A DNA stretch of 63,166 nt, filler included, from Globobulimina sp. (GCA_003354225.1; 38 parts of 38 records of this genome joined end to end with filler, not necessarily neighbours in it); one strand, 5' to 3'; positions 1-13,126 are shown, counted from the whole stretch's first letter. Numbers and translations are program-made. The notes: generated from the letters alone by a model not told the origin.

Positions 1-1064
1 TAAAATGTGATATTAATATTATTGAATCTTTGTTTCGATACAGAAAAACTGATGAATTATTACCCGAACTCAATCACAATCACAATATCAATCAATCCAC
101 GACAATTCAATACCAATTGGATCAAATCCTCAATAAATGCAAAATAAATCTCAATCAACGGATAAGTAATAATGTACAAGTATTAAATTCATTTATTGCA
201 CCGGATTGCAAATACAATCCAGAAATCCATGTCTCACATAAAGATATTCTACAATTAATTGATAAAAAGCTCCTGAATGACTTTTATAATGCCGCCACCA
301 AATACGACAAAGCCAGAATCAAATCCATATCCTGCAATGGTGCCAATTCCTGGCTTACAATCATACCGAACCCTATATATGGTATGAAATACACAAATAA
401 GGAATTTTGGCTGTTGAAATCCCTATATTTTGGATGTAAAATTTCAAACAAGCCGCTTAAGTGTCAGAAGTGCCAGAAATTAATGGATTTGTATGGGTGG
501 CATTCGTTACACTGTCCATACGGTGGGCAAGTCATTAAACGACATAATGCGTTATGTCATGAATGGAATCTGTTATTCATAGCTGCGGGCTTTACCACTA
601 AGAGAGAGCAGCGCTTTGATTATGACAAACTGCGAGCTGTGCAAAACGAACACGGTGACTATCGCAACGTGCACGACTTTGCAATTGAGAGAAAAGTGCC
701 GGGTGATATTAAAGTCTTTGCATTTGATGAGGGCAATGACTATTACTTTGATGTAAGTGTCACTAATATTTTTGCAGATTCTTACATCAAACAAGCATCA
801 GAAACAAGACTCGCTACGGCGGCTAAAAGAGAACAAGAAAAAATGGACAAATATCAAAACAGATTGGACTTTTGTCCGTTGGTTATAGAAACGATGGGTG
901 CCATGGGAATAGAATCCAAGAGCATCCTCAAAATTATAGGACACAGAATCGCTCTCTTTAAAAGCAAACCTTTTTCCTATATTATGCACCAAATTCGGCA
1001 GCGTTTGATTGGTGTCTTAATGAAACATAACGCAAAGATGATAGCGTCGTCGGTGGTGTTTTAG
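1..1064 (+). mobile_element. 3' part of a non-LTR retrotransposon ORF (CRE-like clade): zinc knuckle plus restriction-like endonuclease
   Basis: CQKC..MDLYGWHSLHC..RHN zinc motif; PGDI..DVSV..AAKREQEKMDKY..FCPLVIETMG match the PD-(D/E)xK RLE domain; ANSWL..P motif upstream; RT lies off-contig. Confidence 0.85.
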
Positions 1065-1067
1065 TAA

Positions 1068-1205
1068 TGATGTGCTGTATGTTATTGATTAATGCTGTGC
1101 TGTTTGCAGTGATTGGGCGTAATTGATGACTGATGTGCTATTTACATTGATTGGATTGCTTTACATTGGAATGGATTGGATTTCTATTGGAATGGATTGG
1201 ATTTG
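1068..1205 (+). repeat. Degenerate tandem repeats in the retrotransposon 3' UTR
   Basis: Repeated gatgtgct, tttacattg and attggaatggattggattt units. Confidence 0.6.
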
Positions 1206-1566
1206 AGTTGTTGCATGATTCCCACTCATTCTTTAATCCTTTACATGGCATTGCTACACCAGGGACTATTCAATCACAGCTGGTGAACAGATTTAAGTAT
1301 TAAAGGTAGTGCCATTGTCCTTTTTAATGTTTGACTTCGACTGTTTTGTTCAGTGCAGATGTATTTCACTGTTTTAATTAAACTATTTATTGTTCAAGCA
1401 ATGCAATTGACTGTGGTGTTTGCTCCTTTGTTCTGCCGGGGATTGGAATTAAACGGCAGGAAACTCGAAAAGTTCAAAGTTGAAAGCAATTCTTCGAAAC
1501 CTATACTATTCTCATGATCAGCTGACATTATTTGTTTCTTCTTTCTTTGTGCAGATATGAATGCTT

Positions 1567-1666
1567 NNNNNNNNNNNNNNNNNNNNNNNNNNNNNNNNNN
1601 NNNNNNNNNNTTAATTAATTAANNNNNNNNNNNNNNNNNNNNNNNNNNNNNNNNNNNNNNNNNNNN
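1567..1666. other. Artificial contig spacer (44 N + TTAATTAATTAA + 44 N), repeated 37 times through the window about every 1665 bp
   Basis: Identical linker with stops in all six frames recurs at regular intervals; flanking contigs are unrelated. Confidence 0.99.
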
Positions 1667-3120
1667 ATGATTAGCGCCTTTGGATAATAAGTGATATAAT
1701 TATCAGTAAATGTTAAATTGTTGAATATGTATTTCACATTCAAGTTACGTGAGCTTTCAGCTCCAGCGATAGAATAAGGTTTGGTTGCATTACTTGTGAC
1801 TGTCCAATTATTAATAATACAGTTTTCAATTATCACTGAAAGTTCCATCACTTCGGACTCAATCATTTGATGTGTTACCTCAAAGAATGATTTCTGCATT
1901 CTTGATTCAGACGGATCGTATTGATAATCACATAAATATTTATCCGACACCCATTCACCGTAAACCATGTACATTTTGCCTGTGCTAATTGGGAACCAAT
2001 CTTCCAGTGAGGTTATATAATTTGGATCAAATCTAAATGTGATCGAAGTAAATGGTAATTCCGTTGCATAACTATCTAAAATTCCAAAACTGGGAAAACA
2101 TCCATTAAAACGAACAATTTTATTATAAGCAATAATATGTTGCGGGTTCTGTCCACGAATAATGATTATTACAGTTTGAATAATTTCAAGTTTCATAGAC
2201 GTAAATTGAGCGTACATGACTGCAAAGGAAATTGTGGCACAACTTTCCAATGTCGTTCCACAATTTACATCGTCGCGACCATCAGCAGCTACATAGAATG
2301 TAATTACTATATAAGTTTGTGTTAAATTATTTGGTACGTTGATGAAGATGCAAACTAAACAAGATTCATTATAATCAATCCAATCTGGTATTGGTATGTC
2401 AAATGGTGTGCTTTGTGACTGTGTTGTGGATAATAATGACGACATTGTTGTTTCCACTGTTGATGACATCGCAGTTTGTGATGGTTCGTTTGTTGCGTTA
2501 TGTACATTAATTTTAGTTGAGCAATATTCCGCTGATATATTTCTCACAACATATTGATTTAATGTTTGTGATAATACAGCCCATCCAGCACAATATTCTA
2601 TTCTCAAAGTAACGGCCAACAATGGTTTGTCGAAGAGACCAATATAACATATAGCAGCTGGATCGATTATGTTTGTAATACTGTTGCTAATATAATACAT
2701 ATACAAGTACTGGAACTGATAATATTGTACCACTGGATACAAAAATAAATACGAGTCATCATCATAATATATACTTCCATTGAGTGTCATATCAAAATCA
2801 TAAAACGAATAAGTACCTTCTATATATAAATAATTGTTATCTTCAATTTCAACGCAAATATCACAACCTATTTCGTCATCGTCAGACGCACAATGTATTA
2901 ATCCGTCACATACCATCGATTCATGTAAACATAGACCAGAATAAAAACAATGAAACGCGCACCCTTTGCATCCAATGTCAACAAACATTTCCGCTGTGAC
3001 AGAATACGAATCTTTAGTCCAATAAATGCAATCTTTAACTCTAAAATTGGTGGCATTGCGTGCTACGCAGTATATAATATAATTTAAAAAATCATTATAA
3101 TCAGTTCCAATAAAATAACC
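1667..3120 (-). CDS. Extracellular protein fragment with an LDL-receptor class A repeat, a Ser/Thr-rich stalk and the start of a beta-helix-like region
   Basis: CDGLIHCASDDDEIGC LDLa motif; YVAADGRDDVNCG...CATI motif; frame stays open upstream of 2988 to an AG acceptor near 3121. Confidence 0.6.
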
Positions 3121-3332
3121 CTATAGTCTCCTGGATATAAATACTAATTATTGTTAGAATTTTGATATATAATTGATTTGCGGGCATTACTATATGCAAA
3201 ATATTCAAATGGACCGCCAAACATTCCATCAANNNNNNNNNNNNNNNNNNNNNNNNNNNNNNNNNNNNNNNNNNNNTTAATTAATTAANNNNNNNNNNNN
3301 NNNNNNNNNNNNNNNNNNNNNNNNNNNNNNNN

Positions 3333-4898
3333 GGCTCAATAAATTGGGGAATTAATATTTTTAACAGTTCTGATTGGGCGGTCGCTACAATTTTAGTATT
3401 TAATTATCAATTATCATTTTCGCAAATTAAATGTATAGAAACATTTTTAATCGACAAATATGATTTGTTATCAACTACCAATAATAGAAGCTATAATATC
3501 ACTGATCATCAGAGAAATAATGCAAAAATATATGAATGTGATCGTTGGAGTGAGTCTAACAATGATCATATTATCAGTTGGTACGACGTAAATAATGGTT
3601 TTGACAATAATACAAATACACTTTTGGATTTATCTGCCAATTCAAACCATATCACACTAGATAAAAACATTAAAATTGGTACAAATAATAATTTCCGGTA
3701 TTTGTATGGATCAACAAATGATGTGATACATGTTCCAATTTCAATTAATATCTCGCTACTAACTGATGAGGAAAACCAAGGTGGCAGTATATTGGCAATA
3801 TATTACATTGCCAGATATAATGGTAATGATAGAGGCAGCATTGTTGGTGATGTTTCATCTGCATTTTATTGTGGGTTTCACGATGGAAAATCAGGTGTTT
3901 GTTATTGGAAAAACATCACATTATCAGAATACGATGATGATATTTATGGAGATCAATGGTTATTGTCCTCCTTATTTTCTTCATATGGCTATTTTATTAA
4001 GGAAGTAGATTTTCATCAAATTCTGGAACAACAGCATAAAAATTGGTATTGTACTCAAAATTGTGAGACATCATTTGTTAATAATGATCGTCGACAATCA
4101 GATAAGTTACAATTGAGCATAAATGCAGAATATAATACAGATTGGGCATTAACAGAAATGATTATCATCAAAATTGATCGCATGCATTATGAATTTGTAC
4201 CGTTTGTTTATTCAATGTGCATTGAAGAATACTTATCCAATAAATATAACTTAAATGCATATCGATATGATTTCAAACATATAATGGCTTTGCAAGGTTT
4301 AAACTGGTTTATTCTTATTTTGATAATCTGCTTTGGTCTGTTCATATTTACAGATGGCGGCTGGTGTTGGAAAAGTATAGTGGATCTAAGCACGCATATT
4401 TGTGAGTTATTCCATTTTTGTTGTATTAGGGGGTTTTGTTGCTGTTGCTGTGAATGTGGATTGATGGATTGTGTTTGGTGTGAATGCTGTATTTCGTATT
4501 GTGGTGAAACATTTGGCTGTTGTTGCCGTACGTGTTGCTGGGATTGCCCTGAGTGCTGTACATGTATTTTAGACACAAATTGCTGTTGTGGAGCATTGAA
4601 AGGTGTTTGTTTTCGACATTGCTGTGGAATGCAAATCAGTGTATTCCCTATTCATAATTTAATGACTGTTATCGCATCCTGCACATCAATTATTATTCGC
4701 ATTAATGCTTCAAAAGCAGAATTAATACCATTTTTATTTTTAAATGGATTATGCACGTTATTAATAACAGCAATTAATTTGATTTTTACATATCAATATC
4801 TCAGTGGCAATGCAAACACATTGGATGTTTACACTTTTTTTTATTTTATTGAATTGGAATCGTGTGTTTTTTTATGGTGTGTGATGGTGATTGATTGT
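3333..4898 (+). CDS. Membrane protein fragment with tandem LamG/ConA-like domains, TM helices and an extremely Cys-rich loop
   Basis: Frame open from contig start; repeated DWA...CIE.(F/Y)L..KY.L motif; hydrophobic segments; CCCCCEC tract. Confidence 0.6.
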
Positions 4899-4998
4899 NN
4901 NNNNNNNNNNNNNNNNNNNNNNNNNNNNNNNNNNNNNNNNNNTTAATTAATTAANNNNNNNNNNNNNNNNNNNNNNNNNNNNNNNNNNNNNNNNNNNN

Positions 4999-6564
4999 GG
5001 ACTTTGACCATTTGCAACGAGGCACCGCTATCCATCAGAAACAGTCCACCTGCAACTAAATATAAATGAGTATATAGATAAAATATCAACACTCAAACAA
5101 TAAACACAAATTCTGCATTGTTGCGTATTTGAGAGCAACAATGCATTCCCACAGACGCAGTGGTCGCCCATTTCCACTCTGTTATCTATGAAGTTAGAGT
5201 CCTCGATAATTATTCTAACATTCTCTCCACATTGCTGTTGCCAATAAAATCAGCATTGCTTATATATATTGCTAAGGCGGACAGCAATGCGCCTTCGTTA
5301 TCAGTATAGAGCCCATTCAGTAATGTAACCGCTCCATTCCTTGTATAAAACAAAGCGTTTTCGTCAATCACATTGTTATCCGCAGTGATGTCCGATCGAT
5401 GCAACAATATCACCGTTTGATATGTAAATAAATCCGTATGTTTCCTCTGCGTATTATCTTTAATCACAGTTTGCTTCATCGTAACATCCGCCTCATTCAA
5501 TAAAAAAGCACCAAATGTAAACTGATTCTGTTCAAAGTTGCAATCAATTACAATAACATCGGCTTTGTACGCTGTTTGGCCGCGCATTTTAAAACACGCC
5601 ACCTCTCTCACTGCGATATTTGAAAAAGTCGACCTCAGAATCTCCAATGTGTCATAATATTGGCTGACTTGCATGATGCCAACATGCGGATCATTGGCAG
5701 TCATATCTTGGAAGACAGTCTCTATGATACTAATATAGCTCGCATACTCCACACAAAATAGTCCCGGAGAAGAATCGGGTAATATGTTGGACAGAAATGT
5801 GCTATGTTGGATAATAATGATCGGCGCATATTTTGCTGTCAATACCAGTCAAGTTTCTGCCTTTCGATCTCCATTAACTTCGTTACCCATAAACAACAGA
5901 GTCGAGTCCTAAAATGGTGATTATTGTGGAGGCGATTTTGACGGATATAACGTATTGTTGATGAATTTAAGTTTGATGCTTCAATCAAAATGATGGATGG
6001 CTGGAGGTTGGATGTGATGGATATCGATGTGTTGGAAAACGTTGTGGCATTTGTTGCAGTTTGCAATTGATACCATTGGAGGCCATAGGTATTATTATAT
6101 GCAGTGGTAGTACTAAACGCGGCTTCCAATGCAGTGGCTGCTATTTCTTCCATGTAAATGATGCCTCCGTCATGTTGCGTAATATTACACTGTACGATGT
6201 TTAATAAAAAATAAAAGTCATTGTCCATTCTCAAGTGCATCGATCAATGAGCCGCTCGGCAAACAATCAGTGAACGGATACAAGCATTTATCAGAGGCTT
6301 CAATTGGTACTCGAACTCCATTTCGAGTGAATTTGGTATTAACTAATAAAAGTAGGCCACAATAACGATGTTTAGGGGCAAACCCAATATGCCTCGAACA
6401 ATACCAATGTATTGTTTTTGTCACTAAATTGGCTGTCATAGATGCGTTTATATTAAATATTGCGCCATTTACACCATTCACATCGCTCAGATCGCCATTC
6501 TTTAATTATCAAACACGGAATGCGTGACAGTTAGAAGCGCATTGGACCGCAGTATGAGGTCTGC
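4999..6564 (-). pseudogene. Frameshifted beta-helix/Pmp-like repeat protein (pseudogene or assembly errors)
   Basis: GAIF, GG and FxxN repeat motifs spread over several frames (6218-6481, 5839-6240, 5210-5842, continuing ENVRIIIEDSNFIDN in another frame) without GT-AG introns at the shifts. Confidence 0.45.
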
Positions 6565-6664
6565 NNNNNNNNNNNNNNNNNNNNNNNNNNNNNNNNNNNN
6601 NNNNNNNNTTAATTAATTAANNNNNNNNNNNNNNNNNNNNNNNNNNNNNNNNNNNNNNNNNNNN

Positions 6665-8158
6665 CATGTCATCAAGGTGGGAACCATCATATTTCCAATG
6701 ATAAATTCTCGAATGGTTCGACCGCGCGATATCTGAGCTATAAAAATACCAACAAATGGCGCCCAAGCAATCCACCTTACAAATCAAATAAATTGCAAAT
6801 ATTATATACAACAATACAACAAATATAAAATGCGTATAAAACATACCATGCCCAATAAAATACAGTCCAGCCCGTCATCCATGTAACTACAGCTTCATTG
6901 GACTCGCTTACGTCATAAAAGCCCGCCTGTTCAAAAGCTTGTGTGTTGAATGTCAGTTCTATTAACCATTGGAAATGATAACCAACCGCTTGAACGAATA
7001 AATTAAGGATAAAAAAAGGATCCAATATGAGGAACATATAAAATAAATTAATGAATGAAAAACTAAAATTCACCTCCGATAATCGCCGAATTCCATAATC
7101 TAAGCCAGTCAGCACCGACAAGGTGGCAAATGCGGTGATGACGAACATGCAAATTAATTGATTGGTTAAATTGTCTTCGATATCAAACACATATTTTAAG
7201 CCGGCGATGATTGCTAATGTACCAAAACCTAAACTGGTGGCCACACCAAACATTGTGCCGATGACTGAGGTCAAATCGATTAAACAGCCAATAAAGCCAT
7301 TGGCGTACTTCTCGCCAATCAACGACATCAAACACACACTCTCTCTCAGCGGCTCATTTAAGACATGATGATGGTATGCCAACGGCAATGCGGCTGCGCA
7401 ATAACACGCTGACGCTGTAAACCCCTTATTTTTAATATAATAATTAATTAATTTGCTGTTTGTCGATATTAATATATTATACATTACATACCCAATGGAA
7501 CCAAGTTATATTTATTGCTTCCATGGCTTGTTGGTTTGTGGTTAAATGGTACCATCGCGAAGAACCGCTTTGCATAGTATCTAAATGGTAAACTGGTTCA
7601 TAAATACCAAAGAAATACAACCCAGTCCCGAGACCGGCACTGAATAACATGCTAAACCAAGTAAATAAGGGATATTTAGGTGGCTCGTCTTCTGGCCCTA
7701 ACTTAATATCTCCGAACACAGAGCACATAAAATATACCGATGCGGAACCAAACACTATCAATGATGCGATGTAAAACCAGCCAAAATAATATACTATGAA
7801 AGAGTTGGCGTCACCCATTACCTCACTTGCATTGTCTGCGTCCACCACCGACCAGATCACAAATCCCCTGTTTTCGTATACGTTATTTTGCGTTATTTGT
7901 ATAATTGTGTATATGTTGTTTGTGTATATTTGTTATTTGAAGGACTTACCAAATGATAACGATTGCGAGGACCATTATAGTTGGGTTTACGGAATATTTG
8001 AACCGACTCATTGCTTTACAGCAACAACCACAGTCACCCTCAACCAGTTGCGGAATAAAACCAAGCACTTTCATTGGCACTTCTTCGTCTTCTTTTGCTG
8101 CCGCTGCTACTTCTTTTCCCTCTTCGTGTTCCTCTCCGTCCGCCGTTTGCAGTGCCAT
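6665..8158 (-). CDS. BCCT family (betaine/choline/carnitine) transporter, 3 introns (7868-7949, 7425-7491, 6776-6846), 3' truncated
   Basis: Spliced protein has [35 protein letters not shown] and [32 protein letters not shown]; all three GT-AG introns restore the frame. Confidence 0.93.
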
Positions 8159-8330
8159 TGTGACAAGTTAAGTTGTGTAAGTTTAGTAATTTTAGTTGTT
8201 GTTAAATCAAAAAAAAACTTTGAAAGCATGNNNNNNNNNNNNNNNNNNNNNNNNNNNNNNNNNNNNNNNNNNNNTTAATTAATTAANNNNNNNNNNNNNN
8301 NNNNNNNNNNNNNNNNNNNNNNNNNNNNNN

Positions 8331-9574
8331 CGCCCAAAACTGTGAGAAAGTGCGTGGTTGCGACCAACATCGCAGAAACCTCGCTGACTATCAACAATGT
8401 GGTGTATGTCATTGACTGTGGCTTATCCAAACAAAAAGTTTATTCGCCGTCCAAAGGGGTGGAGGTGTTGGGAGTGAGGGGTATCAGCAAAGCGTCTGTA
8501 AAGCAAAGAGTAGGCCGTGCCGGCCGAGTAAAGCCCGGCGTGGCGTACCATTTGTATACGCAAGTCGGATATGAGCAATTTCCAAATGAAACTAGTCCGG
8601 AAATATTACGTTCTGGTTTGGTGAATGAAATACTGTCCATGTTGGCGTTGGGAATGGAGAACCCGTTGAAGTTTGATTTTATCGATGCGCCAAATCCTAT
8701 GACCATGGCCAGAGCTTTACACATTTTGAAGAACTTAAATGCCATCGATACTAAATGTAAAATAACACGGTTAGGCATAGCGATGGCGAGCTTGCCGGTC
8801 AATGCACGAATGGCCAAATCACTGATAACCGCCAAGAAATATAATTGCATTTACGAGATTGCTGCCATTGCCTCGATGTTGGAAATTGAGGATAGATTAT
8901 GGTGGAAACCAAGGGAGCAAGGAAAGAATTTATGGAAACAAAAGAAAAAAGCATTTTATCATTCATCTGGCGATCATTTGACACTGTTAAATATTTACAA
9001 TGCATGGAATTGTATAAAACAGCAAAACATGCAAGATTTGAGGGCTTTTTGTGAGGCAAATTATTTGAAAAAGAGATCATTAGAACGCGCAGAAGGAATA
9101 AAACGGCAAATTGAAAATAATTTAGCAAGGATTATGGATAAAAATGAGAATAAATATATGCATAATGATTATAATAAGAAACAAGTGGTGTTTTATGTGA
9201 ATCAAACAAATGATGACAAATACTATGAAAATATAGTAAAAGCATTGTTAAGTGGACATTTTATGAACATTGCAGTGAAAGGCTTTGGTGATAATTATTG
9301 GCGATTTCGACTGTTGGATTTGGACGAAGAGCACAAAGCAATTGATATTATTGACAAAGCGAAACCGCATCAAAATTCTATGTTTCATAAGAATAATGCC
9401 ATGAATTGGATCATTTTCAATGAAGTTTCTATTTCGCACGTTACACAATTAAAAATATTAACTGCTATCAAACCAGTATGGTTGAAGGAGATTGATAGCA
9501 ATAACTATTATAATTTACACTCTTTGGCAAAAGATAATACTCCGATTTCACAGATTTTGAAAAGATATATATGA
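8331..9574 (+). CDS. DEAH-box RNA helicase (Prp43/Prp22-like), HelicC, HA2 and OB domains, 5' truncated
   Basis: RKCVVATNIAETSLTI, QRVGRAGR, PEILR and SGDHLTLLNIY motifs. Confidence 0.92.
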
Positions 9575-10253
9575 CAGACCAATTAATATAATATGAAATA
9601 ATGATGTTACGTTGTTCAACCAGTCAATTTACTTTTTTTTTCTCGATCTTTACATTTCGGTGAAGTTAGTTAAGTCAATCAACAAACTTTAAGTTTAATA
9701 TGATTGTATCAAAAATGAGTTTTTTTGTATCCATCGAGTCTCTGAACCACATTGAACATAAACAAAATCTTGTTGAATATCTCTAATTCTTCCATTTTTC
9801 CATTTTAATTCATTTCTTGACCAAACATTTACATTTTGTTTTTTTTTTTAATTTTCTTTTATAATTTTCATCAATATCTGGCTGTAATAATTCTGANNNN
9901 NNNNNNNNNNNNNNNNNNNNNNNNNNNNNNNNNNNNNNNNTTAATTAATTAANNNNNNNNNNNNNNNNNNNNNNNNNNNNNNNNNNNNNNNNNNNNCATC
10001 GGTTACACAACCATTCGGACGCTCATTTTTGCAAGTGAATAATACCTTTATTGACTCGTAGCACCTCACATACGCTCAGCCCACTTCTACACCGGTACCC
10101 AACCACTTCCATCTCACTTCCTGACTTTCTGGACCAGCAATCAAAATATCCAGAAATTCACAATCGCACGATTTGCCTCTATCAATCTAACTAACTACAC
10201 TCAAACCACTGATCTAATCCACACTCTTTTTTAGCACCAAGTCCATTCCATAA

Positions 10254-11082
10254 ATGGCTCAAATGAACACTAAAGCAAATAACAACACACCTCCACCAAC
10301 AGAAGAAGAGCGAAAGCAAACCACCGAAACAGCCTCATCCCCGTCACCGCCACAACCGCCACGTCAGCAACCACCGCAACCACAGCCACAGCCGCCAGCA
10401 GACGACGCAGACGCCGCCGCAGAGGAAGAGGAAATCATCAACGACCCAGACACGCTCGACATTGATCAGGATCTCACGCTTCAATATCGATGGGCATTAT
10501 GGTACTCCGCGCCCAAATCCAAGGACAAAGAGAAAAAATGGGACACCGAGCGCGTGAAAAAAGTGGTCGAAGTTGGAAATGTCAAGGAATTTTGGAGGTA
10601 AATATACGTTTTGCTTAATAATAAAAACCAAAATAAAAATACAAAAATAAAAAAAAAGAGTTTTCAACAATTTAGCGCCGCCCTCGACGTTGAAGGATGG
10701 CAGCGATTTGCAGTTATTTCGGGCCGGGGTGTCGCCGGCATGGGAGGACTCGTTCAATGCCAAAGGCGGGACGTGGACTTACCGCATCTCTGCGGAGGAC
10801 ACCAACCAAAAGTTGGACACGGCCTGGTTCAACACCGTGTTGACGATGATCGGCGACCAATTTGATGATGCGGACGATATTTGCGGTGTGGTGGTGTCCA
10901 AGAGACAGCAGACGAACCGCATCGGGCTATGGGTGAAGCACGCCGACGATAAGGAGGCGGTGAAGCGGATCGGCAAACAGTTGAAGGACATCAATCGGAT
11001 ACGGTCGCGGATCTATTTCTATTCGCACGACGACGCCAAGAACTTCAATAAACCCAACAAGCCGTCGGAGATGATATTGTAA
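10254..11082 (+). CDS. EIF4E: Translation initiation factor eIF4E, intron 10598-10658
   Basis: LQYRWALWY, EFWRVFNN (after splicing), PAWED, GGTW, IGDQFDDADDICGVVVS and RIGLW motifs; Pro/Gln-rich N-terminus. Confidence 0.95.
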
Positions 11083-11662
11083 TATGTGTTATGTCGGTTT
11101 TATGTACGTCGATCTATCTTTTTTATTTGACACATTATCTCCAAATTTTCTAAGCAAAATCATGCACCAAATTATTAATTTACTTTGCAACCGCAAATGA
11201 TGCAAAACTTTGACATGCAGTTGATAGTATTTTCTATATTTTTTTTTCATGTCAGGTTTTTGTTACTTTTTGTTTTGGTTTTTGATGTATAATGTTTGTT
11301 ATAAACAGTAAGACTTTAAATGTTTGAATTGCACGATGCCACAATGAATGACATGAAAATATTTTATAGGGAATTTATTTTCTATCCAAATCATTGATAT
11401 TTTCTATTATTTATGTGTTTTTCACGTTTTTTTTGGTGTTTTTCTGTGTTGTCAACTGAATTGTAGTTGCATTTTGTGTGTGATTTTTTTACATTTTACA
11501 ATTTTACGATTTTTTTTATTTTTTTGGATATCTTCTTTCTGTTATTTTTTTTTTTTTTGTAANNNNNNNNNNNNNNNNNNNNNNNNNNNNNNNNNNNNNN
11601 NNNNNNTTAATTAATTAANNNNNNNNNNNNNNNNNNNNNNNNNNNNNNNNNNNNNNNNNNNN

Positions 11663-13126
11663 GGCCCATGTCATATAAACTGTGCATCATCAACAAGATG
11701 TTCTGACCATACCATAATTAATGCAGACACAGCAAGTCATGTCACAATAACATGCAACGGCGACGATGCCTGCAAAACGGATATTAATATAAAGTGTGGA
11801 ATCGGAAAATGTCAATTACAATGTATTACAAACAAAGGCTCCACAGATTGGGGCATGATAAATGTAACAAAAGAATCGGGATTTGAATGCATTGGTTATT
11901 GTCCACAATCCCTCCCATTCTTATCTACATCGCCAACACTGTCACCAACCATGCCACCAACATCCAATACAGCACATCCTACAATGTATCCATCCATAAA
12001 CCCTACGGTATATCCAACAGTATCAGCTGCAAATATATCTGATGAGACATACGGAGATGAGACATCAAATGAATTGTATAAAATGTTTAATTTTCATAAT
12101 CATAAACACTATTTACAGGATCCATTATTTTATATGATATTATTCTTATTTGCTATAATATTCTGTGGCTGTTGTTTCTTTTGTATATGGATTTATGCGC
12201 ATGAACAAACACAGAAACGCATGCAGCAAAAACAGGAACACATGCAACTGAAACTAAAATCAAACATAATCATAGCAACAGAAGCAGAGCACATAAACAT
12301 CGCAAGAAATAATAGTTTCAGCAGTAATAAAAATAAAAAATCGTTGGATTCATCAGATTTATATGTAAAAAATGAAGGTACGTTCCCAACGCATTTGACA
12401 TTAAACACAGATGGAAATAGAACCTATCCATTACCATTGCCGCCACCAAGGAAATCATTCTCGCCCATTGGGATTATTTCAAATGATTCATCGCCTCCAC
12501 CAACACCCATTCCATTAACACCGAAAGGGAATGAAAACCATAATTATATCATTGCACAGGACAATCAATATGATTTTTATCAGCAAATTGTTAATAATAA
12601 TCATGCCAAATATGAATCATTACCAACCATACCATCATTACCAAACACACCCGAACATTCCTGCCAATCCATTCAAGTATCATCGCCTGAACATTCTCTT
12701 GATATTAATTTGAATATAAATAATATTGTATGCAACAATAATAATGCTATGCATGCGGATTCTAGTCATGTGTTCACGGTGAGTATGGTTAGTTGCATGA
12801 CGTTCGAAGACAGCAAGAATGAGGAACAGGAACAGGAAGAAATGGAAGACAGTGAGTCTATTGAATACAGATCGCATAGGAAGCAAACATTTGAATCATA
12901 TGATATGGGAAATAACTCACTTTTTCAGCTGACAAATAAAAGTAAAAGCAATCTTTTATCTGTAAATACAGAATTTGATACTTCTTGCATTCGTAAGGCG
13001 TCAACTATTAAATTGCCAAATATTGAGGAGTCGAGGAGCAGTGTGGTCTCCTTCGATTTTAGTGAGACATCTGTTGTGGTTGAGGTTATGAGTGATGAAT
13101 CTGGCAGTATTGCTAAAAAATCATAA
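11663..13126 (+). CDS. Single-pass membrane protein (Cys-rich ectodomain, PT-repeat stalk, TM, low-complexity tail), 5' truncated
   Basis: Frame open from contig start; SPT/YPT repeats; hydrophobic helix LFYMILFLFAIIFCGCCFFCIWI. Confidence 0.7.
   Translation, partial: GPCHINCASSTRCSDHTIINADTASHVTITCNGDDACKTDINIKCGIGKCQLQCITNKGSTDWGMINVTKESGFECIGYCPQSLPFLSTSPTLSPTMPPTSNTAHPTMYPSINPTVYPTVSAANISDETYGDETSNELYKMFNFHNHKHYLQDPLFYMILFLFAIIFCGCCFFCIWIYAHEQTQKRMQQKQEHMQLKLKSNIIIATEAEHINIARNNSFSSNKNKKSLDSSDLYVKNEGTFPTHLTLNTDGNRTYPLPLPPPRKSFSPIGIISNDSSPPPTPIPLTPKGNENHNYIIAQDNQYDFYQQIVNNNHAKYESLPTIPSLPNTPEHSCQSIQVSSPEHSLDINLNINNIVCNNNNAMHADSSHVFTVSMVSCMTFEDSKNEEQEQEEMEDSESIEYRSHRKQTFESYDMGNNSLFQLTNKSKSNLLSVNTEFDTSCIRKASTIKLPNIEESRSSVVSFDFSETSVVVEVMSDESGSIAKKS

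Noticed and set aside
1567-1666. Regularly spaced TTAATTAATTAA repeats resembling an array or CRISPR
   Set aside because: Artificial concatenation linker embedded in N runs; ORFs ending in X...LIN are artefacts of it
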